A stretch of DNA of 64,000 nucleotides from Lama guanicoe (taxonomy: Eukaryota): positions 25,112,433 to 25,176,432 of the forward strand of contig MU054187.1 in NCBI GenBank assembly GCA_013239625.1, written 5' to 3'. Below are positions 37,236 to 51,199 of the stretch, one piece after another. Made by a program: the position numbers and the translations under genes. Below the pieces are notes generated by a model that saw nothing but the letters and a program-made list of their open reading frames with translations, was not told the DNA's origin and did not search any database. Each line of letters begins with the position of its first letter. Position 1 is the stretch's first letter.

Positions 37236-40200
37236 TTAGACTCCACATATAAGTGATATCATGGTATTTTTCTTTCTCTTTCTGGCTTACTTCACTTAGA
37301 ATGACAATCTCCAGGTCCATCTATGTTGTTACACATGATATTATTTTATTATTTTTATGGCTGAATAGTACTCCCTTGTATAAATAAATATACCACAACT
37401 TTTTTAAACAGCCATCAGTCAATGAACATTTAGGTTGCTTCCATGTCTTGGCTACTGTAAATAGTGCTGCTAGGAACATTGGGGTGCATGTATGTTTTTG
37501 AATTAATGTACTCTCTGAATATATGCCCAGGAGTGGGATTGCTAAATCATATGGTAAGTCTACTTTTTGTCTTTTGAGGAATCTCCATACTGTATTCCAT
37601 AATGGCTGCACCAAACTACATTCCCACCAACAGTGTAGAAGGGTTCCCTTTTCTCCACTCCCCCTCCAGCATTTATCATTTCTGGACATTTGAGTGATGG
37701 CCATCGTGCCTGGTGTGAGGTGATAGCTCACTGTAGTTTTGATTTGCATTTCTCTGATTCTTAGTGATATTGACCATTTTTTCATGTGCCTATTGTCCAT
37801 TTGTATGTCTTCATTGGAAAATTGCCTGTTTCAATATTATACCCATTTTTGGATTAGCTTGCTTGCTTTTTGATATTAAGTTGTGTGAGCTGTTTATACG
37901 TTCTAGAAATTAAGCCTTTGTCAGTCTTACTTTTTACAAATATTTCCTCCCATTTCATAGATTGCCTTTTTGTTTTTCTTATCATTTCATTCCCTGTGCA
38001 AAAGCTTATAAGTTTAATTAGGTCCCATTTGTTTATTTTTGCTTTCATTTCTATTGCCTGGGTAGACTGCTCTAGGAGAACATTGCTAAATTTTTGTCAG
38101 ATAAAATTTTCCCTATGTATTTTTCTAAGAGGTTTATAGTGTCTTACATTTAAGTCTATAAACCATTCTGACTTTATTTTTGTGTATAGTGTTAAGGAGT
38201 GTTCTAACTTCATTGATTTACATGCAGCTGTCCAGTTATCCCAATGCCATTTGCTGAAGAGACTGCCTTTACTCCATTGTATATTCTTGCCTCCTTTGTC
38301 AAAGAGTAATTGACCAAAAGCATGCGGATTTATTTATGGGCTCTCTGTTCCATTGATCCATATGTCTGTTTTTGTACCAGAAGCATGCTGTTTTGATGAC
38401 TGTAGATCTGTAGTATTGTCTGAAGTCTGGGAGGGTATTCCTACAGCTTCATTTTTTTCTTTAGTAATGCTTTGGCACTTCGGAGTCTTTTGTGATTCCA
38501 TATAAATTTTAGGATGAGTTTTTTGCTAGGGCTGTGAAAAATGTCCTGAGTAGTTTGATAGGGATTGCATTAAATCTGTAGATTGTATTGAATCTGTAGA
38601 TTGTAGTATGGCCATTTTAACAATATTAACTCTTCCAATCCAAGAACATGGAATAACTTTCCATTTCTTTAAGTAATCTTTAATATCCTTAATATTTTGT
38701 AGTTCTCCTCATATAAGTCTTTCACTTCCTTGGTCAGACTTATTCCTGAGTATTTTATTTTTTTGGATGCAATTTTAAAAGGAATTATTTCTTATCTTTC
38801 TTTTTCTGATATTTCATTGTTAGTGTAAAGAAATGCAACTGATTTCTACATGTTAATCTTCTATTCTGCTACCTTGCTGAATTCTTTTATCAGCTCTACT
38901 AGTTTTTGTGTGGATCCTTTAGAATTTTCTATATGTAGAAACATCATAAATGGGTGTTCAATTTTATCAAATACTTTTTCTGCATCTATGGAGAAGATCA
39001 TGTGATTTTTGCCCCTTCTCTTGTTGATTTCGTGTATCACATTGATTGATTTGTGTATGTTGAACCATCCTTGTGTCCCTGGGATGAAACCAACTTGGTC
39101 ATGTTGAATAATTTCTTTTTGATATTGTTGAATTCTGTTCACTAATATTTTGTTAAGGATTTTTATATGGATATTCATCAGTGATATTGGCCAACAGTTT
39201 TCTTTTTTGGTAGTGTCTTTTTTTGACTTCAGTATCATGGTGATGGTGCCTTCATAGAATGAGTTTTGGAGTCATCCCTCCTCTTCAGTATTTTGGAAGA
39301 TTTTGAGAAGGAGAGGTATGAGCTCTTCTTTTTATGTTTAATAGAATTTCCCAGTTAAACCAACTGGTCCTGGAACTTTGCAGGTTGTTTTTTTTTTTGC
39401 TACTGATTCTATTTCACTTCTAGTGATTCATCTGTTCAAATGATACATTTCTTCTTGATTCGATTTTTGTGGACTCTATGTTTCTAGAACCTTGTCCAAT
39501 TCATATAAGTTGTCAGGTTTATTGCCATATAGTTGTTCATAGTACATAGTATTCTCATGAATTTTTGTATTTCTGTGGTGTTGCTTGTAATTTCTTCATT
39601 TCTTAATTTGCTTATTTGTGTGCTCTCTCTTTTCTTCTTGGTGAGCCTGGACAGAAGTTTTTCAGTTTTATTGTCTCTTTCAAAAAACAGTTCTTGATTT
39701 GATTGTTTTTCTATTGTTTTTAATTTCTATTTATCTATTTCTTCCCTGATCTTTATTATTTTTTCTGCTGACTTTAGACTTTTTGTTCTTCCTTTTCTAA
39801 TTCTTTTAGGTAGTAGGTTAGGTTGTTTATTTGAGGTTGCTGTGTGTTTTTTTTTTAAGTCTTCTATTGCAATGAGCTTCTCTTTTAGGACTGCTTTTGC
39901 TGCATTTATACATTTTGTGCGGTTGTGGTTTCATTGTCATTTTTCTCCAAGTTTTTTTTTTAATTTCTTCTTTGATTTCATCATTGATCCATTGGTTTTT
40001 TAGTAGCATGTTGTTTAGTCTCCATGCTGTTGTTTTTTCCTCCTTTGTTTTTCTATGGTTGATTTCTAGTTTCATGCCATTGTGTTCAGAGAAGCTTGAA
40101 ATAATTTCTATCTTCTTAAATTCACTGAGGCTTCTTTTGTGCCTGAGTATGTGGTCTATCATAGAGAATGTTCCAGGAGCACTTGAAAAGAATATATATT

Positions 40201-40777
40201 CTGTTTTGGGGGGAATGTAATGTCCTAAAAATATCAACCAAGTCCAACTGTTCTCTTGTGTCATTTAGTATTACCTTGCCATATGGATTTTTTTGTCTGG
40301 AAGGCCTGTCTAATGATGTTAGTGTGGTGTTAAAGTTTCTTACTCTTATTTTGTGCCCATCAATTTCTCCCCTTATGTCTGTTAGTATTTGTTTAATATA
40401 CATTAGGTGCTCCTGTATTGGGTGCATATATGTTATCAAGTGTGATTTTCTCATTTTTATTGCTCTTTGATCATTTTATGGTGTCCTTCTTTATCTTTCT
40501 TTATGGCCTTTCTTTGAAAGTCTATTTTGTCTGATATGAGCCCTGAGTATTACTATCCTTTCATTCTTGTCATTTCCATTTGCATGACATAACCTTTTCT
40601 GTCCTTTCATTTTCAATCTATGTGTGTCCTTCACTCTGAAGTGGGTCTCTTGTAGACAGCATATTGTAGGCTTTTGTTTTATTATCCAATGTGCCACTCT
40701 ACATCTTTTGATTGGAGTATTTAATCCATTGACATTTACAGTAACTATTGATAGATGTGGTTTTTTTTTTTTGCCAT
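37236..40777 (-). pseudogene. L1 ORF2p remnant (EN, partly deleted RT, CCHC)
   Basis: TICCLQETHF, FSEHNGMKLEI, WPISLMN...[27 protein letters not shown]; many frameshifts; RT core missing near 38940. Confidence 0.92.
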
Positions 40778-41179
40778 TTTGAACTTTGTTTTCCAGTTGA
40801 CTTGGTATTTCTTCTTTGTTCCTTTCTTTTCCTTTTTGTTTTTCATTTTGTGGTTTGATAAATTTCTTTTATATTAGCTTGGCTTCTTTTTTGTTTTTAC
40901 AACTCTATTGTATGCTTCTGATTTGTGGTTACCCTGTTTTTGAAGTATGTTAACCCATTACTATATCTGTTTGCTTTATACTGGTAGCCATGTAGGCTGA
41001 CACATATCCTAAAAAGAAAAAGGGAAAAAAAAAAGAAAAAAGAAGTCAGAGAAAAAGAAATCTATATTTTCTTGCTCCCCTCTCCCACCTTTTATGATTT
41101 TGATGTACTTTTTTTTTTAACATCTTCATATTTATTCTCTTGCAACTCAGTGTAGTATTCATTTTTCCAATTTGTTTTT

Positions 41180-42006
41180 GCTTGTCTGTGAAATTCTTTA
41201 TCTCTCCTTCTGCTCTAAAGGATAGTCTTGCTGGATAGAGGGACTAAGGTTGCAGCTTTTTCTAATTCAGGTCTTTGAATATATCTTTCCATTTCCTCTG
41301 GCCAGCAGTGTTTGTACAGAAATCAGATGAAAGCCCTATGAGGTTCCCTTGTAACAAACTTTGTTTTTCTCTTGCTTCCTTTGGAGTCCTTTCTTTATCT
41401 TTAACTTTGGCCATCTTAATTATAACATGTCTTGGTGTAGGTCTGTTTGGGTTCTTCTTGTATGGGACCCTATGTACTTCCTGTACTTGAATAACCGTTT
41501 CCATCTTTAGGATTGGAACATTTTCAGTCATGATTTATTCAAATACCTTTTCAATCCCCTATTCTCTTTCTTCTCCTTCTGGGACCTCTGGTATGCGTAG
41601 GTTGGCATGCTTTGTATTATCCTATAGGTCCCTCATATTGCTTTTATTGGATGTCATTTGCTTTTCTGTCTGCTGTTCTGACTGGGTGACTTTTGTTATC
41701 CTCTCTCCTAAGTCATTTATTTGTTTCTCTGTATTATGTAGTCTGTTTTTGACTGCCTTTAGCTCAGTTCTTATAGCAACCATTGAGTTTTCTGTTTTTA
41801 ATTGGCTGCTTTTTATAGTTTCTATTTTCTTTTTATAGTATTCTCTGTCTCTATTCATATTCTCTCTTATTTCCTTCAGTGTTTTTATCACACCCTTGTT
41901 GAAGTCATGATCTGTAGAGTATACTGTAGAGATCTATCTCATTGTTCATTCTCTCAGGGGACTTCTCTTGTTCTTTTAGTTGGGAATGGTTCCTCTACTT
42001 CTTCAT
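41180..42006 (-). pseudogene. L1 ORF1p remnant
   Basis: Coiled-coil piece 41622-41891 and RRM piece MTENVPILK...RPTPRHVIIKMAKVKDKER (41262-41531); frameshifts and stops. Confidence 0.88.
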
Positions 42007-45000
42007 TTTACTTATATTTTTTCTCACTCTACAGATTTAGGAGTATAAGTTATTACTGTGGTTTTGAAGGGCTGTTTTTTTGTTTGTTTTTATTTAAATT
42101 GGTAGTATTCCTGTGTAGACTGTGTTCATCTAATAGTTATGTTGTGAGTAATGTTGTTAGTATGGAGGGTTGTCACATCTTTCTTCTCTGTGTGATGGCT
42201 GTTTTCCTTGTGATTGGGTGTGTGTTTGGTGCTGTGGTGATCAAAGCCTGCCCTGATTGTTGTTGTTGAGCTAGGCTCCCTTTTTTGTTCTGCGGTTGTC
42301 ACAGACTTGGTAGGATTTGGGTTTGCTCCCAAGTTGCTGGAAAGTGGCTTCTAGACCTGTTTCTGAGGTGTGTGGTAGGCAGGGTAAGAGTGCTTCAGCT
42401 GGGAAGAAGATTCCTTTAGTGTACTTCTTCAGATGTCCACTGGGAAGTGCCCTCTCTGGTGTTGTCTATCACTTCTTATGCAGGCTTACAAAGCACTCTT
42501 TGTTGATGCTGCCTTTCTTCCCATCTTAAATGTGGTAATGTCAGCCATCAGCTCCAATTCCCTCTGGGTTCTGGGCCCCAGGAACCACCAGTGCAGTTTT
42601 ACCAATGTCAGGTACTCAGAACCCACCATAGCATGCAAGCAGTCACACATCTGAATCCATGGTGCACCACGGGGTCAGTGCAGACCCCAGCCCTGCCTCC
42701 ACATACTTTAGGATATGCCAGCCTATTCTAAGTACCCATACTTGTGCCCACTCTATTCCAGAACTCAGTACCCTGCCTGTTCCTCCCAGAGTTTCAGGTT
42801 CACAAACCACCAGTGGAGCAAATCCACCCTCTCTGCCTGGGGCTGTAAACAAATCTCAGTCCCACCTGTGAAATTGCAGGGTCCCTGCATATCAATTTAG
42901 CTTTCAGCCCTGCCTCCATGGAGTAGCAATTGCTATGACTGAGCCCCACCTCCCTTCTCATGAGAACACACCAACAATGAAGCCAAGTGGAGACTCTGGC
43001 TATGGAGTGGCTATATTGTGCCCTTTCCCCCAATGCACACCAGCAGTAGTGCTTTCTTATGGGGGTACCAGGATGTTCTGTCCCACACACACCCCATCCT
43101 GAGCTCACATCACCTTCCAGTTCCCTGAGGCTGCCTCTGTGCAGTGGGCCCCACTCTCTCTGGGCTTGTCTCTGATCTCCAGCAGCCATCACTGGCTCAT
43201 TCCTGCAGGCTTGTGTCTAGGGCTGGGGATTACAGGATCCCTCCATGCCTGTTTATCTGAATTCTCCCACCAAGCAACTGCACTTTCTCCTCCAAGCCTT
43301 GGAAGCGTCACTTCTCTCCCCACTGACCTTCTGGCTGGTGAGGGTGCACCCCAGCATGAGGGTGCCTTTCTTCCTTTGCTGCTCCCTCCCCACAGGACCA
43401 ATGCAGCACCAATCTTCTTTTTCTTTTTTCTCTCTTACTGAATTTTGTGAGAATTCTCCTGTATTTCAAAGCAAGAGATATTCTGCCAGATTAGGTGTTC
43501 TGTGTGATTCAATGGGTTTGCAAATGTAATTCTTGGTGTATTTGTTGGAAAGAGAGAGCTATGAGTCTCTCTACTCCACCATCTTGTCACCTCCCTCCCA
43601 GGATGAGATTATTAAACATCAGGTATACTGCCATTAAGTTAAAACTCTTCTTCCAATTACTCCCATTGTATACATATCTATGCATTTCATTTTATCTTTT
43701 TTAATCTCTCTATCCATCTTTCTCTGTGATGTCAGTTTGTTTAAATGGACTGTTCTCCACATCTGACTTTCTCTTGGCTTAGTATCCTGGAGATCAGAGA
43801 AGGCACAGATTTATAAATGCATGGCAAGAAATTATGAAAGAGAACATACATGGTTTCCATCTTCAAGGAAATATTTTGCAGATCTGCTGTGCATCAAATA
43901 ACACTAGGTGCCAATGGTGTGTAAGACATTATCCTTTTTCTGAAACTGTTCCGTCTTGTGAGTACAACTGTAGTTTTGCTAATTTGGATTTTTATAGATC
44001 CATAATTATTTTAATGATCTGTATAAACTTTAAATATGAAATCAGAAAGATCCACATTCAATCTCAAATATAGATAATTTATTTGGTTCCCTACCCATCT
44101 CTACTCCCTAGGTCCTATCATTCCATGGGAGACACCTACAAGGAAAATGAGGAGCTTACATAAATGTTCCTTACAGCCATCTTCAGTAGAATTCACACCA
44201 CAAAATGCTTGAGCCCAGGCACCGTTTGTTCCATATGCTGGGACCCCTTTCTCTAGAATAGGTTCAGTTGCTACTGCTGTTTCACCTGCTGTCTGTCCTA
44301 TTGTCATAGGTCTACTTGCCTGCCTTTCCATCTTTGCCATGATCTTTTGTCAAAGGTGGCACTGTGTGTAGACTGTCCAAGCATTGCCATTTGCCTGGAA
44401 TTATCTGAGTACTAGCACTGAAAAATGTGTATCCCAAGAAATCCTGCATTACAAGACAAACTAGGATGGTTGATCACTGGGATATTTATGCACTGACTGA
44501 ACATTTGCTGAGGCAGTCCATTAGAGATTCTGTATCTACTCACTCCCATGTGAGATGTTAAGTCTACTGTCTGCTTCTTTACTACACAGGATTTCACAGG
44601 AGACTATGGGTCAGTTCCACTGGAACTTTGCTTCACTCAGCACCTACTTCCTGGAGAAATAACATAGGTTCCTTCCAGGTGCAGTGCAATTGTTCTTCTA
44701 TTCCTCCTCATCATGACAGCATTTGATTCCATTATTTCTTCTTCCCTCTTCTTCTCCTCAGTAACTTCAGCCCCTGTTTTCTTTTTTTCCTTCCTCCTCC
44801 ACCATAGTTTCTGCATTTTAAGAAGAAAGCCATTAGCTCTCGAAACATTTGCATATTTAAGCATAACTCCTTAGTATATTCTTACCCCTCTGAGCCAAAA
44901 TTCTTACCTAATGTTTTTTTCTAACTATATAAGAAAAATACATCTGCCAAGCATGTTATATTTGAGTATCTGAGGCTAAAATCAAAGCTGTTTTTTTTTC

Positions 45001-45519
45001 CCCCTGGGCCAGGCAGACTGTGTTCTTCAATTGGTCTTTCTGAATGCCACTCTAAATATGAAAATCAAGGTCACTTTAAGAGCCACAAGAGTTAGAAGAT
45101 ATAAGTTGAAAATCATCCCTAGTTGAAAAAATGGTTATTCCTCAATTGATTGATGCAAGAAAAATATAGTCATGAAGCTCTCCAAATATTTATTTTCAGA
45201 ATAAGAGGCAAAATGTATATTTGATTCCCCAGAATCCATTTCAGAAATTTCTAAGCTACTGAACATTTGAGTTGAGTATGAATGCTTACAGGATTCATAA
45301 CTATAACTCTCCTGTCATGACACAATAACATGCTCAAAAGCATATTTGGGCACTCCTTGGACAAAATTGGAAGCTAAGTATATGCATTCTAGTGGTGTGC
45401 AATAAGAATTATATGTAAAAGTTTGTATTTTTGTGTAAATTGGGGGGTATGAGGAAATGACATTGTTTTATAGGAGAAAGAAGATACCATTTTCTTTTAT
45501 ACCACTGCACTTCATAGTT

Positions 45520-46290
45520 TACATGGGGAACACAAATCTGTCACATAACTCTCCCACTCAAATCCTTCAGGAACTTCCCTTATAAAGGCAAATGGCCTAG
45601 AGAGCTCTGTGTCATCTAACCCAGTTGTTCTTTCTTTTGGGAGATTTTGTTCCTCTTTGCCCCACCAGGAGACACTCAATAATATCTGGAAACATTTTTG
45701 GTTGTCATGAGTAAGGGGGGAGGGATGATAGAGGGTAGGGTATCCATCTAGTAGGTAAAGAGGCCAGAGATGCTGGTAACATCCCTCACAAGCAGCTCTC
45801 TGCAACAGACTCACCTGACCCCAAATGTCAGTAGTACTGAGGTTGAGAAACTCTAAACCCAGCCCCTGTCTCCCTCTTTGGATTCCTCTCACACAGCTTG
45901 TGTCTTTCACTGCTGTGTTCCTATGCTATTGACCTTCTTCCCATTCCTCAAATGGGCCCCTATTCTTCCCACTTCTGGCATTTAACCATAGTGTTCCTAC
46001 TGCCAGAAGTTCTCCCCAAGACTCCTTTTTCTTTGCCTGGTTAAATTTCTGTTCTTGATTTCTCAGCTTCAAAAGCAATTTATTGGGGACCTTACCCCAT
46101 TAGAACAGATAGCCCTGTTTGTTATATGGTCTCCTGGCATCCTGCACTTTTCCTTCATAGCTTGTTCAACAGCTATTTGTAATTATTATGTATATGTTCA
46201 ATTACTTGATTAGCAACTGCATCTTTCATCATGTTACAAGGAAAAAAAAGGGCCTTGTTTCTTTGCTCACTGTGAAATCTCTGATCTGAC
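45520..46290 (+). mobile_element. L2 fragment interrupted by MER20
   Basis: aaatctgtcacataactctcccactcaaatccttcag on the left; tgttcctactgccagaagttctcccc...ctttgctcactgtg on the right. Confidence 0.55.
45622..45855 (+). mobile_element. MER20 hAT-Charlie DNA transposon
   Basis: atctggaaacatttttggttgtca, catctagtaggtaaagaggccagagatgctg, cccaaatgtcagtagtactgaggttgagaaac. Confidence 0.85.
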
Positions 46291-46304
46291 ATAATACTAG
46301 TGGT

Positions 46305-46530
46305 GAACATTTATTGAATATTTGCTGTATGTCAAGCACTGTACTAAATGCCTCGTAAGAATTATTTCCTCCTTACACCATCCTCATGAAATGGGTACTC
46401 AGCTCTTGTTATCTTGGTAATAGGTCAAGAAATGGAGTCACTGAGAGGGTTTATATCTTGCTAAATATCTCCTGGCTATATAAGTGGGGAGCCAGAATAC
46501 CTACTCAGGTCTGTCTGACTCCAAAGCTGC
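46305..46530 (-). mobile_element. MIR SINE
   Basis: aacatttattgaatatttgctgtatgtcaagcactgtactaaatgc...caggtctgtctgactccaaagc. Confidence 0.75.
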
Positions 46531-47016
46531 TCACTAAAAAGTTTCCTGGAGAATAATGGAAACATTCATACAGACAGAAAAAAGAAAAAAAAAAGGAAAT
46601 AAAGTCATCATTCCTGAGGGAGACTTTTCTCCTAGTGGAATTTGCCCAGAAGTTATTGTTTCTTGCCAAAAAAAAACCATTGGGAGTAGGTAAGTGCATG
46701 TTCCAGAGAGATTTCTGAGCACAGTGAAGAGACACAATAGTCAAGGTGGAGCCAAGCATAGCTGGTGGCCTCAGTGTGGTGAGGAAACATGACCACAGAG
46801 AGGCAAGGTGTTGCAACTGTTGGTGCAGAGTTGTAGCCTTAAGAACACTGGCCCCCAAGACTGATTTCTCACCAAAATCTTCCGGAAAGCCTTTTAAAAT
46901 ATCCATACAAATTCCCCACTCTCGACATCCCAATCAGAATATTGAAAGTAGTGTTGGAATTCTGTTTGTTTACTTTTTTTTTTGCATTTTTACTTATCTT
47001 GCTTTATTTATAGTAA

Positions 47017-47109
<93 letters not shown>

Positions 47110-48289
47110 TAAAGAGAGGGAAATTGCTAGGGCTGGTTTTTTTATTTTTTATTTTATTATTATTATTATTATTTTTTTTTTTTTTCTTACAGTTCTAAAT
47201 TTCTACATGGTTCCTCTATAGAACCTTAAATAGTTACAGGTTAAGAAGTGCAGTAATTTAGGGCAAAAGTTAAATGTCCATTGTAATAGCCAACTGTTTG
47301 TTTATTTTTTAATGATTTCTGCTGAGGTTACTAGTCTGCAGTCTTAAGTTTCGTTTTGGAGAATTCTGATGAGAGAAGCAGCCCAGGGAAAGCCAGCATG
47401 CTGCTTAAGGAAAGAATAGAGTTGGACCTAGGAAATCTCACCAGGTACATAGACCGTGTGGAAATATTTTGTCTGTCCATCAGTTTTTGTGGTTCCTACT
47501 TCTGGCCACAATGTCTGCCTTCCAGAGAGGATTTCCTGTGGTCCTGTGAGAGCTTTTAACCATGGTAACAGTTGCACACAAACATATACATCCTGTTGTA
47601 GAGGGGAGTATATGAACTACAGTGGGCCACTCAATCCATCCATTCCTTCTTCACAATAACTATGCTGGTGCTGAACACAATCAGTGCAGATCAGAACCTT
47701 CCCTGAGATTGGTAGAGAGAGTTTCTTTCCACTGGGGTTGTGATGCCATGAGAATACAAAGTGGTCATCTTCTGTGGCTGCATAGAGGAGTCTAATGTTT
47801 GAAAATGAGTTAACACATGGAGGGGAATAGAATTCAAAGATAAAGAGGAAGAAAGAGAGTACTGGTGGCATAATGAGAATGACCTCTTATCCTCACAATC
47901 ACGTGAGCTGAGCCAACAGTTCTTGAGAATTCTGTATCCTTGAAAAGTTTGTTTATGTCCGTGTACACACTTGGTTCAGTGGTTTTTCTTTTGATAATCA
48001 GCAGATTTAAATAGGTTTATGTATAATTCATACTGGGGAAATTATCTTGAAGGAAACATAAACTGTGTGCCCATGCCAAAGTCTGCTATTGGACTCAGGT
48101 TGCCTATGGCCCTAAATTAGTGCCATGCTCACATTTCTTAGGATGACTTAGAGGAGTGGGTCTCTGGGAAGGTAGAGTTAGGGATAAGAAGCATGGTGCA
48201 AGAAAGACTATGGGATGAGACCAGACTCTGTGTGTAAGGGTGAGGGCTTCCTGAAATTTGGTGAGACTTACAGATGGAAGTTAGGAGAG

Positions 48290-48440
48290 TCCAGAGTAGG
48301 GAGGCAGGGAGGCACACAGTACTGGGTATAAGACAGGCTCAAGGCTGTGTGGTACAAGGCAGGGAATATTGTCAATATTTTGTAATAACTATAAATGGAA
48401 AATCACCTTTAAAAGTTTATAAACAAAAATTTTTTTAAAA
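48290..48440 (+). mobile_element. Short L1 3'-terminal fragment (cetartiodactyl type)
   Basis: actgggtataagacaggctcaagg...gggaatattgtcaatattttgtaataactataaatggaaaatcacctttaaaa. Confidence 0.75.
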
Positions 48441-48639
48441 GAATAGAAACACAAAGGCAAAGAACATAAGGACATCACCACCCCTACAGAGAATGTAAAC
48501 CATGATACGTCCATCCGGCATGTAGGAAAAGGTAAATATTATATATTTATACATATTATATAATATTTACATATAATATATCCTTGTATAATATATAATA
48601 GTAAATTATATACATATTATATACATAATGTATTTTATG

Positions 48640-48640
<1 letters not shown>

Positions 48641-48708
<68 letters not shown>
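48641..48708. repeat. Pure (TA)34 microsatellite after ~100 bp of degenerate AT
   Basis: Direct reading. Confidence 0.97.
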
Positions 48709-48712
<4 letters not shown>

Positions 48713-51199
48713 GTTTTAACACTGTACCTTTTATATGGTCATTGTTTTAAATGACCCAAAGGTTTTAGTACACTCCAATTCCCACATCCAGTCCTGGGTA
48801 GTATTGGGAAAATGGGTAAAGAACTCTTTCCAACCCATGAAATTCAACTCCTGTCCCAAACTTGGATTCTGACTGAGCATCGTAGAGGGGAGCCACAGCA
48901 GGCAGGCCAACTGTGCCAACAACAAAGGTAGCTCTGGCACAAAGACTGCAGACAGCAGGAGTGGGAGGGACCAGAGGCCTGTAGGAAAGGATGCTTGAAG
49001 AGCCAGTTGATTGATAATCCCTGTTGTCCCTTCTTCACGTACAACAGAGCAAACTGCCCCTTGAAACGGGGGTGGGAAGCAGGAGGCAGGGATGAGGAGC
49101 TGTATATTTGTGCTATGGTTATGATTGGGTCTAGACTAACCACAGATTATAAAACTCTGTTACTAAATATAAAAAATGAGCGATTCCAAATGAATCACAT
49201 TCTTTTCATTGTTCATCCTTATACTTACCCCGAGTTTCCATGCTTCTTTCTTATTCTATAAATAACTCATGAACAGGTATTTACAAAGTTTCCTTAAACT
49301 TTTCATTGTAACAATGTTTGACTCCCAAAGAACTTTGAAAACCCACTAATAAGCCCACTTACCTCTAGAAGAATTACCATAGACTGCATGAGACTCCTCA
49401 GTGATTTTTCAAAGCTGCAAATATTTGATTTAAGTGGAGTGAACAAAGTGATATACAGCTATTTTTTGTTCTTGACTCAGGCAACAGGTTTCTTCTGGTA
49501 GGTTCCCCCTCCAACATTTTTGTGCTGAGTGAGAGAACCAAACAATTAGGACTTAAGTGGCAAAATAAGTATGAACCAGTGTCCTCATGAAAATCTTTAT
49601 GTGGGAAAAGCGAAATGGCAAATAAATGCTCTATAATACAAAACATTGATCCTCAGCTGAAATAATGTTATCCTGTTCACAGAACCTAACAATGGAAACT
49701 GGGTAACAGATTTGGATGGAATGGTAGGGAAAGACCTGAAATGATATGTCACAGTAAAACAAGATTGGTAAACAGGGTTAGAATTGAAATCTGATGTGAG
49801 TCCATTTGGACCCAGGTCCTCCACATAGCACCCACCCCTCCTTCATTGTGTCTATTACAGTGTAAGGCACAATATGGATGCTCACATAGGGAGGAAGTAT
49901 AAAGCATAATCCTTGTTTTTCCAAAATATGAGTCATTAGTGTATAGAATTGCTGGTATATTTTCTAGCTAAATACACTGGAAATTTTTGATTCACCTTAA
50001 GTTGTAAAGTAAACCTCTATCAGAAGGCATTCACTTGAACATAGCAACCAACCCTTAATTATTGTCCTGAAATTTTCAAAAGAAGTTTAATTCTCTAACC
50101 CATGGGAGTGAAGACAGGCATGTGTTAACCTCAGAAGGGAAGCAAACTTTCCCTACTTCTTCATTCATGCAATGTGTTTTTACCGAGCATCTCTCGTATG
50201 CCCAAGCACTTTGGTAAACTCTGACGATAAATCAGTGAATATGTCAGCTGTATCCTCTGATATGAGGCTTACAAGGAATATAGAAATCAGCAGCAATATC
50301 AAAAAGTAATAGCCATCACTGATGTGATGGATTTGTTCATAAAGGGCTGTGGGTTCTCTTTTAGGAATCACTTCTCTGGAATTAGAAGACATGGTCACTC
50401 ATTCATTGAACAACTCACTCTGCTCAGTGTCAGGCATGGTAATTTCTTCTGGATATTTGATGGAGAGCAAAACAAATGTGGCCCTTGCCTTCTGAAAGTA
50501 AAATTAAATGAATCCTAATCACCTCTGAATCGGCAGAGCTACTGGGTTATTGATCATTACATTGCCCTTCCATTTCAGTAAGAAGTAAAATGGATAGCTG
50601 TTGAGCACTTTGATTCTCCCAGTGAGATATTAATATAAGAACAGTGACACAAACATGAAATGCTAGGGGCTTTAGTTCCCCACCATATCCATATGCACAT
50701 GCTTTGGGCAAACATTATGCAGCTGTAACTTTTTTGTGGGATAATTTTGAAGATGTATGTGGAAGGCAGAGAAGTAGAGAGAAGTGTTTTGCCACTTTGG
50801 GAACATATAGGTAGCTTCAAGCCAAGCCTCTGAGCCTCTCATGGGAAGAGGCTAGAATTGGAATGGACAGGGCAACACTGCAGGAGCAAATTTACCCATG
50901 CTCCAAGCCCATCTGTGTTGCTCTTGGAGCATCCATCATAATAAGGCTAGAAGCTTAAAAACTTTAAACACAGACACCAGGGGGTCCAGAAAAGTTACTT
51001 CTTTTCATATTGCCTTGGCCTGATTAAAGCAGGTAGTGCAGGAATTATGACTTTCTTATTTCTCCTGTTTCCTCTTATCTTTCCATTAGCTCCTGCCCAC
51101 TAATGATCCCTCTTCTGAGGTACTCTGTGACAATTTTTTACATTATGTTAACTTTTCCTGTTTAGTGTCGATGTCATCCACAAAACTTTAATATACTGT

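Larger units (their letters stand above)
36905..43598 (-). mobile_element. Near-full-length, decayed L1 (~6.7 kb)
   Basis: 5' end gggagggaggtgacaagatggtggag (YY1-like), ~1.6 kb CpG-depleted 5'UTR, ORF1, ORF2 and 3'UTR in order; no TSD recognised. Confidence 0.95.

Noticed and set aside
42126..43529. Cluster of overlapping ORFs on both strands, including possible ORF0-like antisense ORFs
   Set aside because: They lie in the GC-richer L1 5'UTR where stops are rarer; no recognisable motif or supporting evidence
44101..44864. Three short tandem minus-strand ORFs as a processed pseudogene
   Set aside because: No recognisable protein similarity, polyA tail or TSD; a tBLASTx search would be needed to exclude it fully
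47899..47906. TCACGTGA E-box (and TACGTG at 30670-30675)
   Set aside because: Isolated 6-8-mers are expected by chance in 64 kb; no promoter context
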